From NCBI RefSeq assembly GCF_036321535.1, contig NC_087437.1:83082001-83146000 (forward strand): a DNA stretch of 64,000 nt, in the 5' to 3' direction. Positions within the stretch are counted from its first letter, which is position 1. Every line of letters starts with the position of its first letter. The position numbers and the translations under genes were made by a program. The notes under the pieces are model-generated. The model searched no databases. It saw nothing but the letters and a program-made list of their open reading frames with translations, and was not told the DNA's origin. Positions 27,401-41,389 of the stretch are shown in pieces. The DNA comes from Camelus dromedarius (lineage: Eukaryota).

Positions 27401-28134
27401 TTTTTAAAGTGCCCTGAAACAGTGAGAAATTGTTCAAATCAGTATATTTTATAGTTTATAATAGTAAATTGTTAAATGTTTTTGTGTAAGTATTGAAATA
27501 ATGAAGTATAATGAGAGGCAGTATTTTGTAACTCAAGTTACACATTCAAATGTTCAGAGAGGCCAGGTAGGTGGCATATAAAGAAACTAATTGTTGCCAG
27601 ATCTCCCAGTTTTTCAAAAGAAGTTAAAATTTGCTTTTATAAAGAATCTCCTGATTTTTAAATCTAGGACATTAATTTTTAAAAAGCACTATGTTCTGCA
27701 CTGCATGGGCTAGACTATTCTGTGCAATCCTCTGGATAATTTTTAGTGATTTCTTGTGTGATAACTGAGGATGTGGCTTTTGTAGTTAGCCTGGGGTTCA
27801 GAACACAAATACTGCTGTGGGGCACTGAGCAAGTGACTCAGCCATACTGGGCTTCCCTTTGTTACCTGTCACATGGGGATAATAAGTGTACCGATCTCAT
27901 AGTAGTTTGGCTTATTGGGGGCCTGGGAGTTAGGGGACTTCCGAGGAGTTCACTGCTTTGCTTTTTGTTTCACAACAGCCATCTTACATTTATCCAGGGA
28001 AAAACAAGTTTTACGAAGAGTAAGTGAGTTAAGCCGTCTTTAACATTCTCCCTTCAAACCCAGCCCTTGATGTACCCTCAGTCCTGCCCTAACATCTTTC
28101 TCAATTCTTCCTAAACTCTTATAAATTGTGTAAG

Positions 28135-29080
28135 ATGTGCTGGCCATCACAACTCAGTATATCTCATTCCACATGCTCGTCTTATAGTGTGATGTTGATT
28201 CTTCTCATCAAGGGGTCTATGTTCCCTCTCCTTAAATGTGAGTAAAATGTAGTGACTGCCTCAAAGGTTGAAGTAAGGCAGAAGTGCATTTATGTGACTT
28301 CTAAAACTGGGCCTTCAAAGTGTCATGCACTTCTTGGTACATTCTTGGAACCCAGTAGCCATGCTGTAAGGAAACCCAGGTATTTGTTTCCTGGGACTGC
28401 CATAGCAAAGTACTTCAGAAGGGTAGCTTAAAACAACAGAAATGTATCATCTCACAGATCTGGAGGCTAGAAGTTTGAAATCAAGGTGTTGGCAGAGCAA
28501 CACTCCCTCTGAAACCTGTACAAAAGAATCATTCTTTGCCTCTTCCCGTCTCCTGGTTTTCTAGCACTCCTTGATGTTCCTTGGCTTAGATGTGTCCCTC
28601 CAATTCTCCATCATCACATGGCATTCTCCCCATCTCTCTACATTGTCTTCCCTCTGCACGTCTGTCCCTGTGTCCCTTTTTTATAAAGAGCACTGGTCAT
28701 ATTGGATTAGGGCTCACTCTAATAACCTCATTCTAACTTGATTACTTCTGTTAAGATCCTATTTCCAAATATATCCACATTCTGGGATACTACAAATATC
28801 CTTTTAGGGGGCACAATTCAACCCTTAACACCAGATCACAAGGAGAGGCCACATGTTGGCTTAGATTCCATCTGACAGCCAGCATCTATGGCCAGTCATG
28901 CAAGTGAAGAAGCCTTTGAGATGAGTCCAGCCCCAGCCACCAAGTGACTGCAACTACATGACATGTACTGAGTAAGAATTTGCCTATGTGAGCACAATCA
29001 ACCCTCCAAACCATGGGAGATAATAGCATAGTGATTGTTGTTTTAAGTTTTGGAGCCATGCAATGATGAATAACTGAGTA
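28135..29080. mobile_element. Nested MaLR (MLT1-type) LTRs: a younger one (about 28380-28830) inside an older one
   Basis: Inner element: tatttgtttcctgggactgccatagcaaagtac...gggggcacaattcaacccttaaca. Outer element: gaacccagtagccatgctgtaaggaaaccca, resuming at ggagaggccacatgt...tgagatgagtccagccccagcc. Confidence 0.75.
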
Positions 29081-30019
29081 TAAGCTGTGGTGAGATAGTT
29101 AATAAGTTTTGTTCACACAGGGGCCCAGTATAACCTACAGTTGCAAATATCTTAGGACCAGTGGCTGGATCAGGCCAGCTCTGGCATTTTTCAAAGTCTT
29201 ACCATTTCTCATTGCCTAAAGTCTCATTTTTCATCTTTTGCCAACAATTCTCTCATTCCTTGTATGCAGCAGTTATTACACACCTTTTCTTTAGGTCCTG
29301 CTTTAGTACTTATGGTGCATATTCTCTTACCCCTTCTTGTAATAATACACTTTTCTCAAGGAGTTTCTGTCATTTTTGATGAATGCAGAGACCAAAAGAA
29401 GCTTGAAATTTCAAATGTTTGAAACTAACATAGCTTTCCTCAAAAATGCTAATTTAATTTTCTATCATAAGCATTGGAAGTGGAAAGAAGCAAAAGGTTC
29501 AAGCTTAAGATAATGTTACCAGCATTTTAGAATTTATCTTTTACTTTTATCAAAGTGATTTGTATACAGAATTTTGGAAACTCAGATCATTTTAAATGGC
29601 TTAAAATGAAAAATAACATCTATACCTTCACCTCAGTTTCTGCCTTTCCAACCCTCAGCCATTTTCAACCCTCCTAACTTTTTTTCTGGGTTCGCTCTTA
29701 CACTTATAAGTCATGTGCTTATACTTTCATAGTTTCTCTGGTACAGATGTTTCTAGAGAGGAACAGAGAGCTCTCTCACTATACCACACCCCTCCTCAAA
29801 GAATGCTCTTTCACTCCCCTTACCCTCTCGAAAAGTTAAATCACTGCTTTGGTTAAATCAATAGTCATTGTTTCTATTTATATGAATATGTATTTTTTGC
29901 TTATAGCTATGACATGAAATGTACCATGATGTCACTTTTTTTCTTATTCAAAAAATTTCCCCATAGATTGATAAGGCCTTTTTTCTACCATTTTGATCCA
30001 AAATTGTTTGGAAGTATAA

Positions 30020-31110
30020 ATATTTATTTATTTATTTATTTATTTTTATTAATAAATTTGATATGTAACATTGTCAAATGTTTAATATGTAGAGTGTATT
30101 ACTTCAATACATCTATGTATTTTTAAATGATTGCCATTGTAACAGTATTTATCACATTACATAATTATACTACAATATTATTGTCTATATTCAATATACT
30201 GTGCGTTAGGTCTCTATGTGCGTTAGATCTCTGCTTGTTACAAGTTTGTACCCTTAATTAGAATCGCTGCCCCCCAGCTGCCATGCCAATCCCCTAGTAA
30301 CTGTCATTTTACTCTCCATTTTTTACAGGATTGACTTTTTTAGATACTACATATAAGTGAAATCATGCAGTATTTGTCTCTCTATCCGACTTATTTAGCA
30401 TAACGTGCTCAAGGTCCATTTCTTTTGTTGCAAATGGCAGGATATCCTCCTTTCTTCTGACTGAATAATATCCTATTGTGTATGTGTACCATATCTTTTT
30501 TATCCATTCATCCATTGATGGGCATTTGAATTATTTCCCTATCTTGGCTTTTGTGAATAATGCTGCAATAAACATTGCATTGCAGCACAAATACCTCATC
30601 AAAATCCTGTTTTCATTCCCTTTGGGTATATACACAGAAGTGAAATTGCTGAATTGGTAGATCTTTTTCTAATTTTTTGAGGAGCTTCCATATTGTCTTC
30701 CACAGTGGTTGGAAGGATTTATATTTCCAATAGTATAAAAGGATTCCCTTTTCACATCATGCATGCCAGCACCTGTTGTCTTTTGTGTTCTTGATGATGG
30801 CCATTCTAACAGGTGTGAGATGATAGCTCATTGTGGTTTTGATTTGCATTTCCCTGATGATTAGTGCTGTTGAGCATCTTTTCAAAAGCTTCTGCACACA
30901 AAAGAAATAATTAACAAAATGAAAGGACAACCTACAGAATGGGAAAACATTTTTGCAACCCATATATCCAATAAAGGGTTAATATCTAAAATATGTAAAG
31001 AACTCATGCAACTTAATAACAAAAAAACAGTCTGATTTTAAAATGAACAGAAGAGCTACCTAGGCATTTTTGTTTTTCTAAAGAGGACATCAGAATGACT
31101 AACAGGAACA
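30020..31110 (-). mobile_element. L1, 5'-inverted, with (TTTA)n tail
   Basis: Minus-strand 3'UTR and ORF2 end to about 30881, switching to plus-strand ORF2 (aaaagcttctgcacacaaaagaaa...gaatgggaaaacatttttgcaacc). taaatattta flanks both sides (30017, 31112). Confidence 0.8.
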
Positions 31111-32774
31111 TTAAATATTTAAATTGAAACACCTCTCTGGAACACTCTGTCACTCTAATCCAGTTTTAATCATCATTTTCTTTTGTCTTGAGGTTTCACT
31201 TTATAATTACCCTGGGAATTTCTCTTGTATTTATTAATACATAAATATTTCCCAAGAAGGAATTATTTCTTTAATAGTTTTTCTCCTGTTATTTGATAGG
31301 GTAATGATAACTCCTATTCTTTGAATGTTGGATCTCCTGAATATAAACTGCTTTTCTTTTCTTCTTTAGTTTTAAATCTTTTTGTTCCACTTTCTAAAAT
31401 ATTAGGCCAGCTTTAACTTAAATTGACTTTTAAAATGTCTGCTATTGTAATTTAAATTTTTCATGATCATTTTGTATTCATTCAGAATACAAAATTCATT
31501 CTGAATGTATACAAAAGGTTGAATGTCTTTTAAATAGCTTCTGTTCTTGTACTTTGGATGTCATATCTTTTTAATTTATTTGATGACATGAATTATTATT
31601 TTTTAAAATTTTCTTTTGTTACCTGATTTGTCCCTTTCTTCAGTTTTCTTTTTTCTTTCTTTCTTTTTTTTTTTTTCCTATTCTGTTTTCTCAAGAGAAC
31701 TCTGGAGCCCTTTTAGCTCCAGGGCATTGGTGGGATTGGACCACACTGTCAGGGGTCTGTATTGTACTGAGTCTCTCCCCTTGTCAAACCCTTTTCACCT
31801 CTTTATTCCACAAGAGTTGACCCCAAGGGCATCCTCTAAAAAATGTCCTGCACTCTAAACTCCATCCCACAGACTGTTTCTCTGGAAATCTAATCTGTGA
31901 CTATTGTTTTGAGAGAAGTGACTTTAGCATGAGGGGGAGAATATGTTTTTCATTCCTGATCTGGTCCCTTGTAGTGGATTTGGGCCCCTCTAAAGAAAAC
32001 TGTGAGAGTCAGAAGGTCACACTTGCATGAAGTACCTGCTGAGATGGTGGGCAAGGACTGAGGGCCAGTCTACTTATGGTATGACAAACTGAGATTTTAA
32101 TGAGATTCTGAGTATAAGAGAAGATGCCTGATGGTCATGCCACTATTGGAAGTATTTGTGAATATATATTAAAATGAACCATGAAATTGTCAGTATTCTA
32201 CCAGTTTTTGTCCTACAAAAAGATTTTACAAGGGTTAACCTAAAATATCTTTGCTTCTTGAGAACAAGTTCTATTTTTTCAAGTTGATAACTGGGTCTTT
32301 TTATTTTCACTCAGGATCTACTTTTGTGCTTCACATACTATAAGCCTCAAAAATAGTTTGGCTAAGTGGAAGGACAGGTCTTGTGCATCTGGAAAAAAAC
32401 AAAATGAAAGAAAAAACCTTCTGGTTTTATTCAACTAGAGACAAGTAGGAAATAGGGAAACAGAAAAACAAGCTCTATTTTACAGTCAGTTTTAGGTGAA
32501 AATTGGAATTGTCATTTACTTGTTATTCTACAGAGAAGATGAGAAGAAGCCACAGGAGAATTTGTATCATAAAAATCTGAACTTTTTCAGCTCAGCATTG
32601 TAATGAGTATAGACGGCAAAAAAGTAGCAGAAAACAAATGGAGACTTTGAAGGAATAAAAAGAGACTGATCTTTGCTAGTAACTGCTAAACCACAAAGCG
32701 CTTGGTTAGGCAGAGCTGAGATGAGAAGATTCTTGTGTGAGCTACAGACTGTATGTTTGATTTTTTTCCTCATG

Positions 32775-35720
32775 TTTAATAGACTTTATTTATTAGAACA
32801 GCTTTAGTTTCACAGCAAAGTTGAGAAGAGGGTACAGAGATTTCCCTTATACCCCTTGTTTCCACATATGCATAGCCTCCTCCATTATAAACATCCCCAC
32901 CAGAGTGGTACATTTAATATATTTGTTGATGCATCGTTATCACCCAAAGTCCATAGTTTATACTATGGTTCACTTTTGGTGTTGTATGTTTTATTAGCTT
33001 GGACAAATTTATGATGACAAGTATCCACCATTGCAGTATCATACAGAGTATTGTCACTGTCCTAATAATCTTCTGTGTTCCCCTTATTCACCCTTCTTTC
33101 TCCCCAATCTCTGAAAACCACTGATCTTTTTACTGTCTCCATAGTTTTTTTGCCTTTTCCAGAATGTTATAAATTTAGAATCACACAGTATATAGCCTTG
33201 TCAGATTGGCTTTTTTCACTTAGTAAAATGCATAACAGTTTCCCTCATGCCTTTTCATGGCTTGATAGCTCATTTCTGAATAATATTTCATTTTAAACAT
33301 ACCACAGTTTATCCATTCAACTGCTGAAGGACAACTTGGTTGCTTTCAAGTTATGACAATTATGAATAAAGCTACTATAAACATATGCAGGTTTTGGGTG
33401 GGCATACGTTTTCAACTCCTTTGGGTAAATACCAAGGAATGTAATTGCTGGATGATATGATAAGAATATCGTTAGTTTTGTAAGAAACTGCCAAACTCTC
33501 TTCCACAGTGGCTATACCATTTTGCATTTCCATCTAGGATGGGAATTCCTGTTGGTCCACATCTTTGCCAGCATTTGGTGGTGGTGTTATTCTAGATTTT
33601 GGCCATTCTACTAGATGTATAATGGTGTCTCGTTTTAATTTTCATTTTTATTGATGGCATAAGATGCCGAGAACCTCTTCATATGTTTATTTACCATCTA
33701 TACATCTTCTTGGTAGAGATAGCTGCTAAGATCTTTGGCCTAGTTTTTAATCTGCTAGGTTGTTTTCTTATTGTTGAGTTTTAAGAGTTCTTAATATATT
33801 TTGGAAAACAGTACTTTATCAGATGTGTCTTATGCAAATATTTTCTCCCGATCTGTGGGCTTGTCTTTTCATTCTCTTGTCTTGTAATGTCTTTTGCAAG
33901 CAGAAAATTTTAATTTTAATGAAGTCCAGCTTATCAATTTTTTCTCCTATGAATATGCCTTTGGTGTTATATCTAAAAAGTTGTTGTATATCCAAAAGTA
34001 ATCTAGTTTTTCTCCTCTGTTATCTTCTAGGAATTTCTTAATACTGAATTTTTCCCTTTAAGTCTGTGATACATTTTAAGTTAATTTTTGTGAAGGGTGT
34101 AAGGTCTGTTAGACTTATTATCATTATTTTTGCACGTACATGTGTTGAGTTGTTCCAGCACCGTTTGTTGAAATGACTATGTTGGCTTCATTGCATTGCT
34201 TTTGCTCCTTTGTCAAAGATCTTATGATTATATAAATGTGAGTCTATTTCTGGTCTCTCTTCTATCCATTGATCTATTCATCTATTCTTGTGCCAATGCC
34301 ACACTGTCTTGATTGCTGTAGCTCTATTGTATGTCTTGAAGTTAGGTAGTGTCAGTTCTCCAACTTTGTTCTCCTTAAATATTGTGTCAGCTATTCTGGG
34401 TCTTTTGCCTCGCCACATAAACTTTAGAATTAGTTTGTCAATATTCACGAAATAACTTGCCTGGATTTTGATTGAGATTGCACTGAATCTGTAGATCAAG
34501 TTGGGGCATCTTTACAATATTGAGCCTTTCTACCCATAAACATAGAAAATCTCTCTGTTGGTTTTATTCTTCTTTGGTTTCTTTTATCAAAGTTTGATAA
34601 TTTTCTTCATTTAGATCTTATATATACCTTGTTATATTTATACCTAAGCATTTCATTTTTATGGATGCTAATGTAAATGGTACTATGTTTTTTAATTTCA
34701 AATTCCACTTGTCCATGCTATTATATAGGAAAGCAATGCTTTTAAATGTACTTTTGTATGACCTTGTATCCTGAAACTTTTCTATAATTGCCTATTAGTT
34801 CCAAGAGTTTTTTTGTTGATTCTTTCAGATTTTCTACATAGACAATCATGTCATCTGTGAACAGTTTTATTTCTTTCTTCTCAATCCATATCCTTTTTAT
34901 TTTCTTTCCTTGTTTCATTGCATTAACTAACACTTCCATTACAATGTTGAAAAGCTGTGATTTTCTTTGCTTCCTTCTTTGTTCCTGATCTTAGTGGGCA
35001 AGCTTCAAGTTTCTTACCAGTAGATTTGAAGTTAACTGTAGATTTTACATAGATATTATTTATGCAGTTGAGGAAGTTTTCCTCCATTCTTGGTTTACTG
35101 AGAGTTTCTGTATGAGTGGGTGTTCAATTTTGTCAAAAGTTCTTTACGCATTAGTCATGTGATTATGTAATTTTTTTCCTTTAGCCAATTAATGTAATAG
35201 ATTCCATTGTTTTTTTAGTATTGAGCCAGCATTTCACACATGGGATAAATCCCACTTGGTCATGGTGTATAATCTTTTTACATATTGTTAGATTCACCTT
35301 GCTAATATTTTGTAGAGAATTTTTGCTTCTGTGTTTATGAAAGATATTAACTCTTGTTTTCCTGTGATGTCTCTGTCTGGTTTTGGTATTGGAGTAATGC
35401 TGGCTTTATAGAATGAGTTAGAAAGTATTCCCTTTGCTTCCATCTTTGGAAAGAGATTGTAGGAAATTGGTATAATTTCTTCCTTAAGTATTTTGTAGAA
35501 TTTATCACTTGAACCTATCTGGGCCCAGTGCTTTTTGTTTTTGAAGTTATTAGTTAATAATTCAATTTCTTTAATAGATATAAGCATATTCATATTATCT
35601 ATTAATTTTGTGTGAGTTTTGGCACAATATGTGTCTTTCAAGAAATTGGTCCATTTCATCTAGGTTAGCAAATTTATAGACACAGAGTTATTTATAATAT
35701 TCCTTTATTATCCTTTTAAC
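32775..35720 (-). mobile_element. Old L1 (L1MC-like 3' end), about 3 kb, with decayed ORF2
   Basis: 3' end tttaatagactttattt...cacagcaaagttgag...gtacagagatttccc. ORF2 fragments [16 protein letters not shown] (RT), NSFYKASITPIPKP and ELTLPNFKTY...TVWHW. Confidence 0.9.
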
Positions 35721-38700
35721 GTCCAAGAGATGTTTGGTTTTTAAGAGTCTGAATAGTTAACCACTAAGTAGTCCCAGAAGAAATATTTTAGAACATATTA
35801 TCTTTGTCATTATAGAGTCATAAAGAAAATTGTTGCATGTATTTTTAAAATTATCTTTAAAATTCAGTTTTCTAAAGTTTTGAAAGTTGTTTATCCATTA
35901 ACTACAAGATCCGTGGTATATCAGTTATGAGCCGATACTGGAAACCATGTGGTGAATTGGTTCACTGATATAGCAGATTTGCACCAGCAAGCAAAGCCAA
36001 CTTCAGAGCAATTTGTGGGGAACTGGAAATGAGGAGTAATGTGATCCTAAAGAAGAATGATCTGTAAAGGGGAGGTAAATGGCATTCACAGGGGTATAAT
36101 AAATACTTTTCAGTCCACCAAACTCTGGATACTCAGATACTTCACAGTTCATCCTGGTAACAGAGATAGTTTATGAGGGTTTAGTAAGAGCTCAATAATT
36201 AAAATGTAAAAAGAAAGTATTTCTGGCATTAAAAAATCTACAGATTAGTCGAAACATTAATCTTTGTTTATATAATGAGGTAAAATTTTGATATAAGCTG
36301 ATGAAGCAACACAGAGGTTCTCATTATCATGGGATCAATCTTCATGTCCCAGAAGTGACAAAGCTTTCTTAGGGAAGTAAGAATTGTCATGACATACAAA
36401 TATTCTTGAGTGAACTAACCACTTATAGAATTAATTTCCCCTTAAACATCCCTCCCCGCTTAAGACTACTACCTTCATCCATTGTACTGACATCTTACTT
36501 GCTCACCGATTTTCTGATTGTGGTAGCATTATTCAAACTCAGTGTGAAATGATTTTGAGAAAGATGCAGTAGGCTTCATAAAGTTAATAAAAGTGGTGTT
36601 GGGGAACTGCCTGAAGGAAATGTGAAATCCCATTGACAAGTGGGCCTAGTAAAGTTAGAACAACTGAAAAGTGAATAATAAATGAGAAAAACGACAACAG
36701 ATTCATTAGCTAAGAATTTGTACAATAAGAACTATGAGGGACCCTTGGTTGAGGGTCCTTTGGGTATGCTACTAATTTGCTCCATTATTATCATTCATTA
36801 CTATTATTCCCTGAATTGAAAAGTTAAGATTATATCTAGTTAGCATTCTTTATTCTTTTGGAAAATAATACCGAGAAAAACACTTGACACTTGATTCATT
36901 CTTTGTAAAATTAGTACACATTTATGATTATAACTAAATTTTGGTTAAATATGAGATAAAGTATTTCTGTAAGTTTGCTTTGTTTTTCAAAGTGAAGTCC
37001 TAAATAAATCTCTTTTTTCTCTGCTTACTATGAAATATTGGTCAAGATTATAAAAGGATTCATTTTATGGGATTTTTCTCTCTATAATAGGCAACACTTA
37101 GATGAAGACTGTCTATAATTCTATTTTGCCCAATGATCATTCCTGCCACTTTAGATAGCAGCTTGTGAAGTCGGATTGATTGCTGTAAGAGAAGGAGACC
37201 AGAGCACAGCAATGTCAATCTCACATTCTTTTTTTCCCCCTAAACGTACCTTTGAAAACCTAGAGAGAATAATTTGAGAAAGCCTCACTTTTGAGGACTG
37301 TTCCAAAATGAAAATGTATTCTGTAAAAGTAGATTTTTGGAAGCATTTGTAATGATGTATTAGCTAGATATACCCTAGAAATAAAGATTCAGTGAATTGA
37401 GGGGGAAAAAGAAAAGTCAGAGGGGAATAATTTGTGTTTTCTAAGATGGGGGTCTGTGGCTTAAATTCCCAAGGTTGTCCTGGGCATGAGATGGGGAGAC
37501 AATCAAATGCCCATAGAATTTGGAGATTTATGGGCAAAAGGGACCTTCCAGAGGGACCCATGAAAACCTTCAAAACCCTGTGTCATACTGGTACAGCAAG
37601 TCATCAGAAGTACAAAAATGGAGCCCTTGAACTTTTCCTTCAACTAGGTGCTTTTGCTGAAATGCTTTCATGTGTAGCCTGGGGACTAGACATGAATGCA
37701 GAAACCAAAACTGATGGTGGCCCGAAGAGATAATCAGAAGGTCCAAAAGGACCAAACATCTTAGAAGACTGCAGCATGGACAAAGCTCCATCTGTAACAT
37801 GACACCTGTCTTTAATGTCTTATCAGGCAAATACTTCTGCATTTAGATGCAACCAAGAAAGAATGGAGGTAGGGTTGAGCCAATCCTAAATCATGGGATT
37901 TGAATTTGAAACAACCTAGGATATCTTGAAATGTCTCCATTTAAAATCTTGAAATGTCTGAATATATAGAATGAGCTGGATTAGATTTTTTTTGAAGGTC
38001 ATAAGATAAACTAAGTGGTTATAATTTTGTACTCATGAATTAAGGAATTGGAAATACTGTATCCGCATTCCTACTACATTTTCTAAACAGACTCAACATG
38101 TTGACTTTCCATGTGAGGTCAGCCTTGAGTGGACTGGACCATAGTTGCAACCTGACAATTGCCTTCTGGGAATTTAGATGTGACCCCAGAACATCAAGAG
38201 AAGTGGAAGGGGGAATTTTTATTTTACTTGATAGGGATCCTTCTTGATCTAGAAGTTAGTCATTAAAATCATGGCAATGTTCTATTATTTAAGAAGCTGG
38301 AAGACCCGATATTGGTAACGGTATATCCCACCCCCTAGAGTAGTGTTTCCACAATAGCAGGCTCTCAGATCTATGTTGAAAGTAATTCTTTGAATATGTC
38401 ACATTAAGATCATGCAGTACTACCTACATCCCACAACTTCAGGTTTTGCAATAATGAAAAGAAAAAAAATGTTTTAAGTAAGTTCTATCCATAGCTCAAC
38501 AAGCATACTTTTCTTCACCTCTACATATAATATAATAGTGTCCCCATTTTTGAACCCCTTCCTAACCTCTTGAAAAGGTGGATAGAGTTTTCCCTAGCTC
38601 ACTGACAATCACCTCTTCAAATCCTAAATGAGGTTTTACTGCTTGGCTGGAACTTTGTGTCATGACATTTTTATGCATGTACATATGAGCATAAATAAAT

Positions 38701-39393
38701 GTCTGTGAAGATAACTACTCTCGAAAATTGATGTTCCATCTTTAATTATTCAACTCCATAGGAACTTGGAAATATACTACTCATTTTTATTTGATGCTTT
38801 TATTTCCTCACTACCTCTATTCTACCTACAATCTCCCTCAAAATGCTATTAAAAGTGACTCCTCAAAATTTACTTGCCTCAGTTTTGTCACTCATGATTG
38901 TAAGTGATTTCATTGGTTGAAGGTTCACATACCCTTAAACCCTTTGAGCTTAACTGGAGTGCTCATGCTCCAATCTATTAATGTAGGCTAGCTATTAATT
39001 TTTAATAGATTTATCCTTTATATTTGTAACTGCTAGTTTTGTTGTTTCTCTTCCTTTTTTTCTCAGCCTGACAAATTATATTTTTTTCCAGTTTTATTGA
39101 GATATAATTGTTGTTTATCTTTTGTGTGCTGATAATCCCTGATTCTGACACAATCCATGACCTTGACAACCTACTGTACTGTTTCTTGAATGAATTCAAA
39201 GTTTGGTTTTGATTTTTGTTATTTTGAATTAAGATTTAGCACAGTTTACTCCTTCCTGTGTATTTTCTACTTTACATATTGCTGTTTAAGTTGATTATAT
39301 TTTGGCATATTTTAATATTTTACATACAATTTGTGCCTTTTTCTCTGTGTAATTTCACTTGGAAGTTTTTTTTTTTTTTTTGCATTAAAGTCA

Positions 39394-40362
39394 TTAAGCT
39401 ACAGTAGGGGTCATTTGTTTCAAATTCTTTTGAGATTTTTTTTCCTTCAAAATTTTTCTCAAGACAGTTATTACTTCCTTATTTCTTAGGCTATAAATGA
39501 AAGGATTTAGTAAGGGAACTACTTCTGTAAACAGAATAGCAGCTGGTATATCTTTATCCCCTTCTTCAAGCAAATTTGGTCTAATGTACATGAAGAAAAG
39601 AGATCCATAGAATAATGAAACAGACAAAAAGTGAGATGCACAGGTAGAAAAGGCTTTGACCCTTCCCTGTTTGGATTTCATTTTGAAAATGGTAAAGAGA
39701 ATGTGGAGATAAGATATTAAGACACTACCAATTGTGAAGACTTGAATTGAGCCTGAAAAGATAAATAGTACCAGTTCGTTGACATACGGGTCAACACAGG
39801 AGAGTCTGTATAAAGGGAGAATATCACAATAAAAGTGGTTGATGTGATTAGATCCACAGAAAGCTAACCTAAATAAAAGTCCTACATGGATCGTGGAGTG
39901 CAGGTTTCCAGCTGTGTAGGCCCCTGTGGTCATCTGAATGCAGAGTTTCTTTGACATCATTGTGTGGTACTGCAGTGGGTTACATATGGCCACATAGCGA
40001 TCATAGGCCATTGCTGCCAGGAGAAAGCAGTCTGCAGTTTCAACACTGCAAAGAAAATAAAATTGTGCCATGCATTCATAGAGGGAAATCATTCTGTTTT
40101 CAGAAAAGAAATTTGCTAACATCTTAGGAGTAATGGCACAGGCACAGCAAGAGTCCACAAGAGCAAGGTTGCCCAGAAAGACGTACATTGGTGTGTGAAG
40201 ACGATGCTCTTTTGAAATCAGTATCACCAGGCTAAGATTCCCCACCATGGTGATCAGGTAGGTGGCAAAGAACACCAGAAACAGCATGGTCTTCAGCTCT
40301 GGATGGTCTGTAAATCCTGTGAGTATAAACTCATTTTTTGTGGTATGATTTTCTTTAGCCAT
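39394..40362 (-). CDS. OR5K1: Olfactory receptor, family 5 subfamily K (OR5K1-like), intact, 322 aa
   Basis: OR motifs [25 protein letters not shown] and [12 protein letters not shown], plus an N-terminal NHT sequon. [24 protein letters not shown] closely matches OR5K1/OR5K2 as recalled. The true ATG is at 40362, preceded by a splice acceptor (tttttctcaacag|, exon starts at 40373). The paralog call, K1 versus K2, is less certain than the subfamily. Confidence 0.88.
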   Translation of the reverse strand: MAKENHTTKNEFILTGFTDHPELKTMLFLVFFATYLITMVGNLSLVILISKEHRLHTPMYVFLGNLALVDSCCACAITPKMLANFFSENRMISLYECMAQFYFLCSVETADCFLLAAMAYDRYVAICNPLQYHTMMSKKLCIQMTTGAYTAGNLHSTIHVGLLFRLAFCGSNHINHFYCDILPLYRLSCVDPYVNELVLFIFSGSIQVFTIGSVLISYLHILFTIFKMKSKQGRVKAFSTCASHFLSVSLFYGSLFFMYIRPNLLEEGDKDIPAAILFTEVVPLLNPFIYSLRNKEVITVLRKILKEKKSQKNLKQMTPTVA

Positions 40363-40779
40363 TCCTGACTCCTCTGTTGAGAAAAAAATTGTAGAGAAAT
40401 GAGGTACTTTATAATATGCCCAGTTCAACTACTGAGCTCTCTCTGACTCAGAAGGACAAAGAGCATCTTCCATAATGCTTTCACAACTCACATGGATTTT
40501 GGTGCATGCTCGTTTCTGGGGAGTATCAATCTCCTGGAGCTGTTAACTTTTAAGCTAGTTGCTTAACATTTTCCCAGAATCTTTTCAAGAAAGACATCAG
40601 ATTAGATTCACAAGGATGGCTTTTCAGGTCTTGAGAGGAAAAATCAGTGCAAAAAACTTCTCTGTATGGATTAGGGAAAACTGACCCATAATTTCGGTGT
40701 TAGCAGTTGGTTTCAGTGTTTGCAAACAATTTCAATGACTGCATCTGTTCACATTAACAAGGTTGTTTGAAAGACTATT

Positions 40780-41245
40780 TTCATACCCATGTTCATAGAA
40801 GCATTATTCAGGATAACCAAAGGTGGAAACACCTCAACTGGATGAATGAATGAACAAAATGTGGTATAGACAGAATATGGAATATTATTCAGTCTTAAAG
40901 TGAAATTCTGACGTATGTTCAAATATGGATGAAATTTTATGACATTATGCTAAGTGAAATAAACTAGATGCAAAAGGACAAATATTCTGTGATTCCACTT
41001 AACATGAACAAAGTAGTCAAACACATACAGAAAGTAGAATAGCAGTTTTTAGGGGAGGGAAGAAATGGGGAGTTGTTGTTTAGTGGGTGGGTACGGAGTT
41101 TCTGTTTGGGAAGATCAAAAAGTTCTAGAGTTGGATTGTGATGATGGTGCTACAACAATATAAATTTACTTAATGCTCCTGAAATGTGTATGCTTAAATA
41201 TAACTAAAATGATAAATTTTATGTTACGTATATTTTTCTACTATA
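40780..41245 (+). mobile_element. L1MB-like 3' end
   Basis: cccatgttcatagaagcattattc...gacattatgctaagtgaaataa...aaagttctagagttggattgtgatgatggt. Confidence 0.8.
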
Positions 41246-41389
41246 AAAGATTTTACAAACTATTTTCATGGCCTTTATGGCCTTATTATATCACTTATGC
41301 ATGCAACATAAAGTTGCCCATGTGCACATGTGCATAAAGAAATCTAAAGAAATTTAAATGCTGTTAAAAGAAATTAAAGCATTCCTAAG

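Noticed and set aside
30757..30963. 68-aa ORF with an L1-like [14 protein letters not shown] motif
   Set aside because: A chimera across an L1 inversion junction, not a gene.
37364..37842. Cluster of 69-99 aa ORFs and small hairpins downstream of the OR, considered as a retrocopy or pre-miRNA
   Set aside because: No recognisable parent protein, poly-A tail or TSD, and the stems (8-9 bp) are too short for a pre-miRNA.
40363..40428. 22-aa N-terminal extension of the OR in the ORF track (344 aa)
   Set aside because: It starts at a TTG and runs through a polypyrimidine tract and splice acceptor. The ATG at 40362 gives the canonical OR N-terminus.
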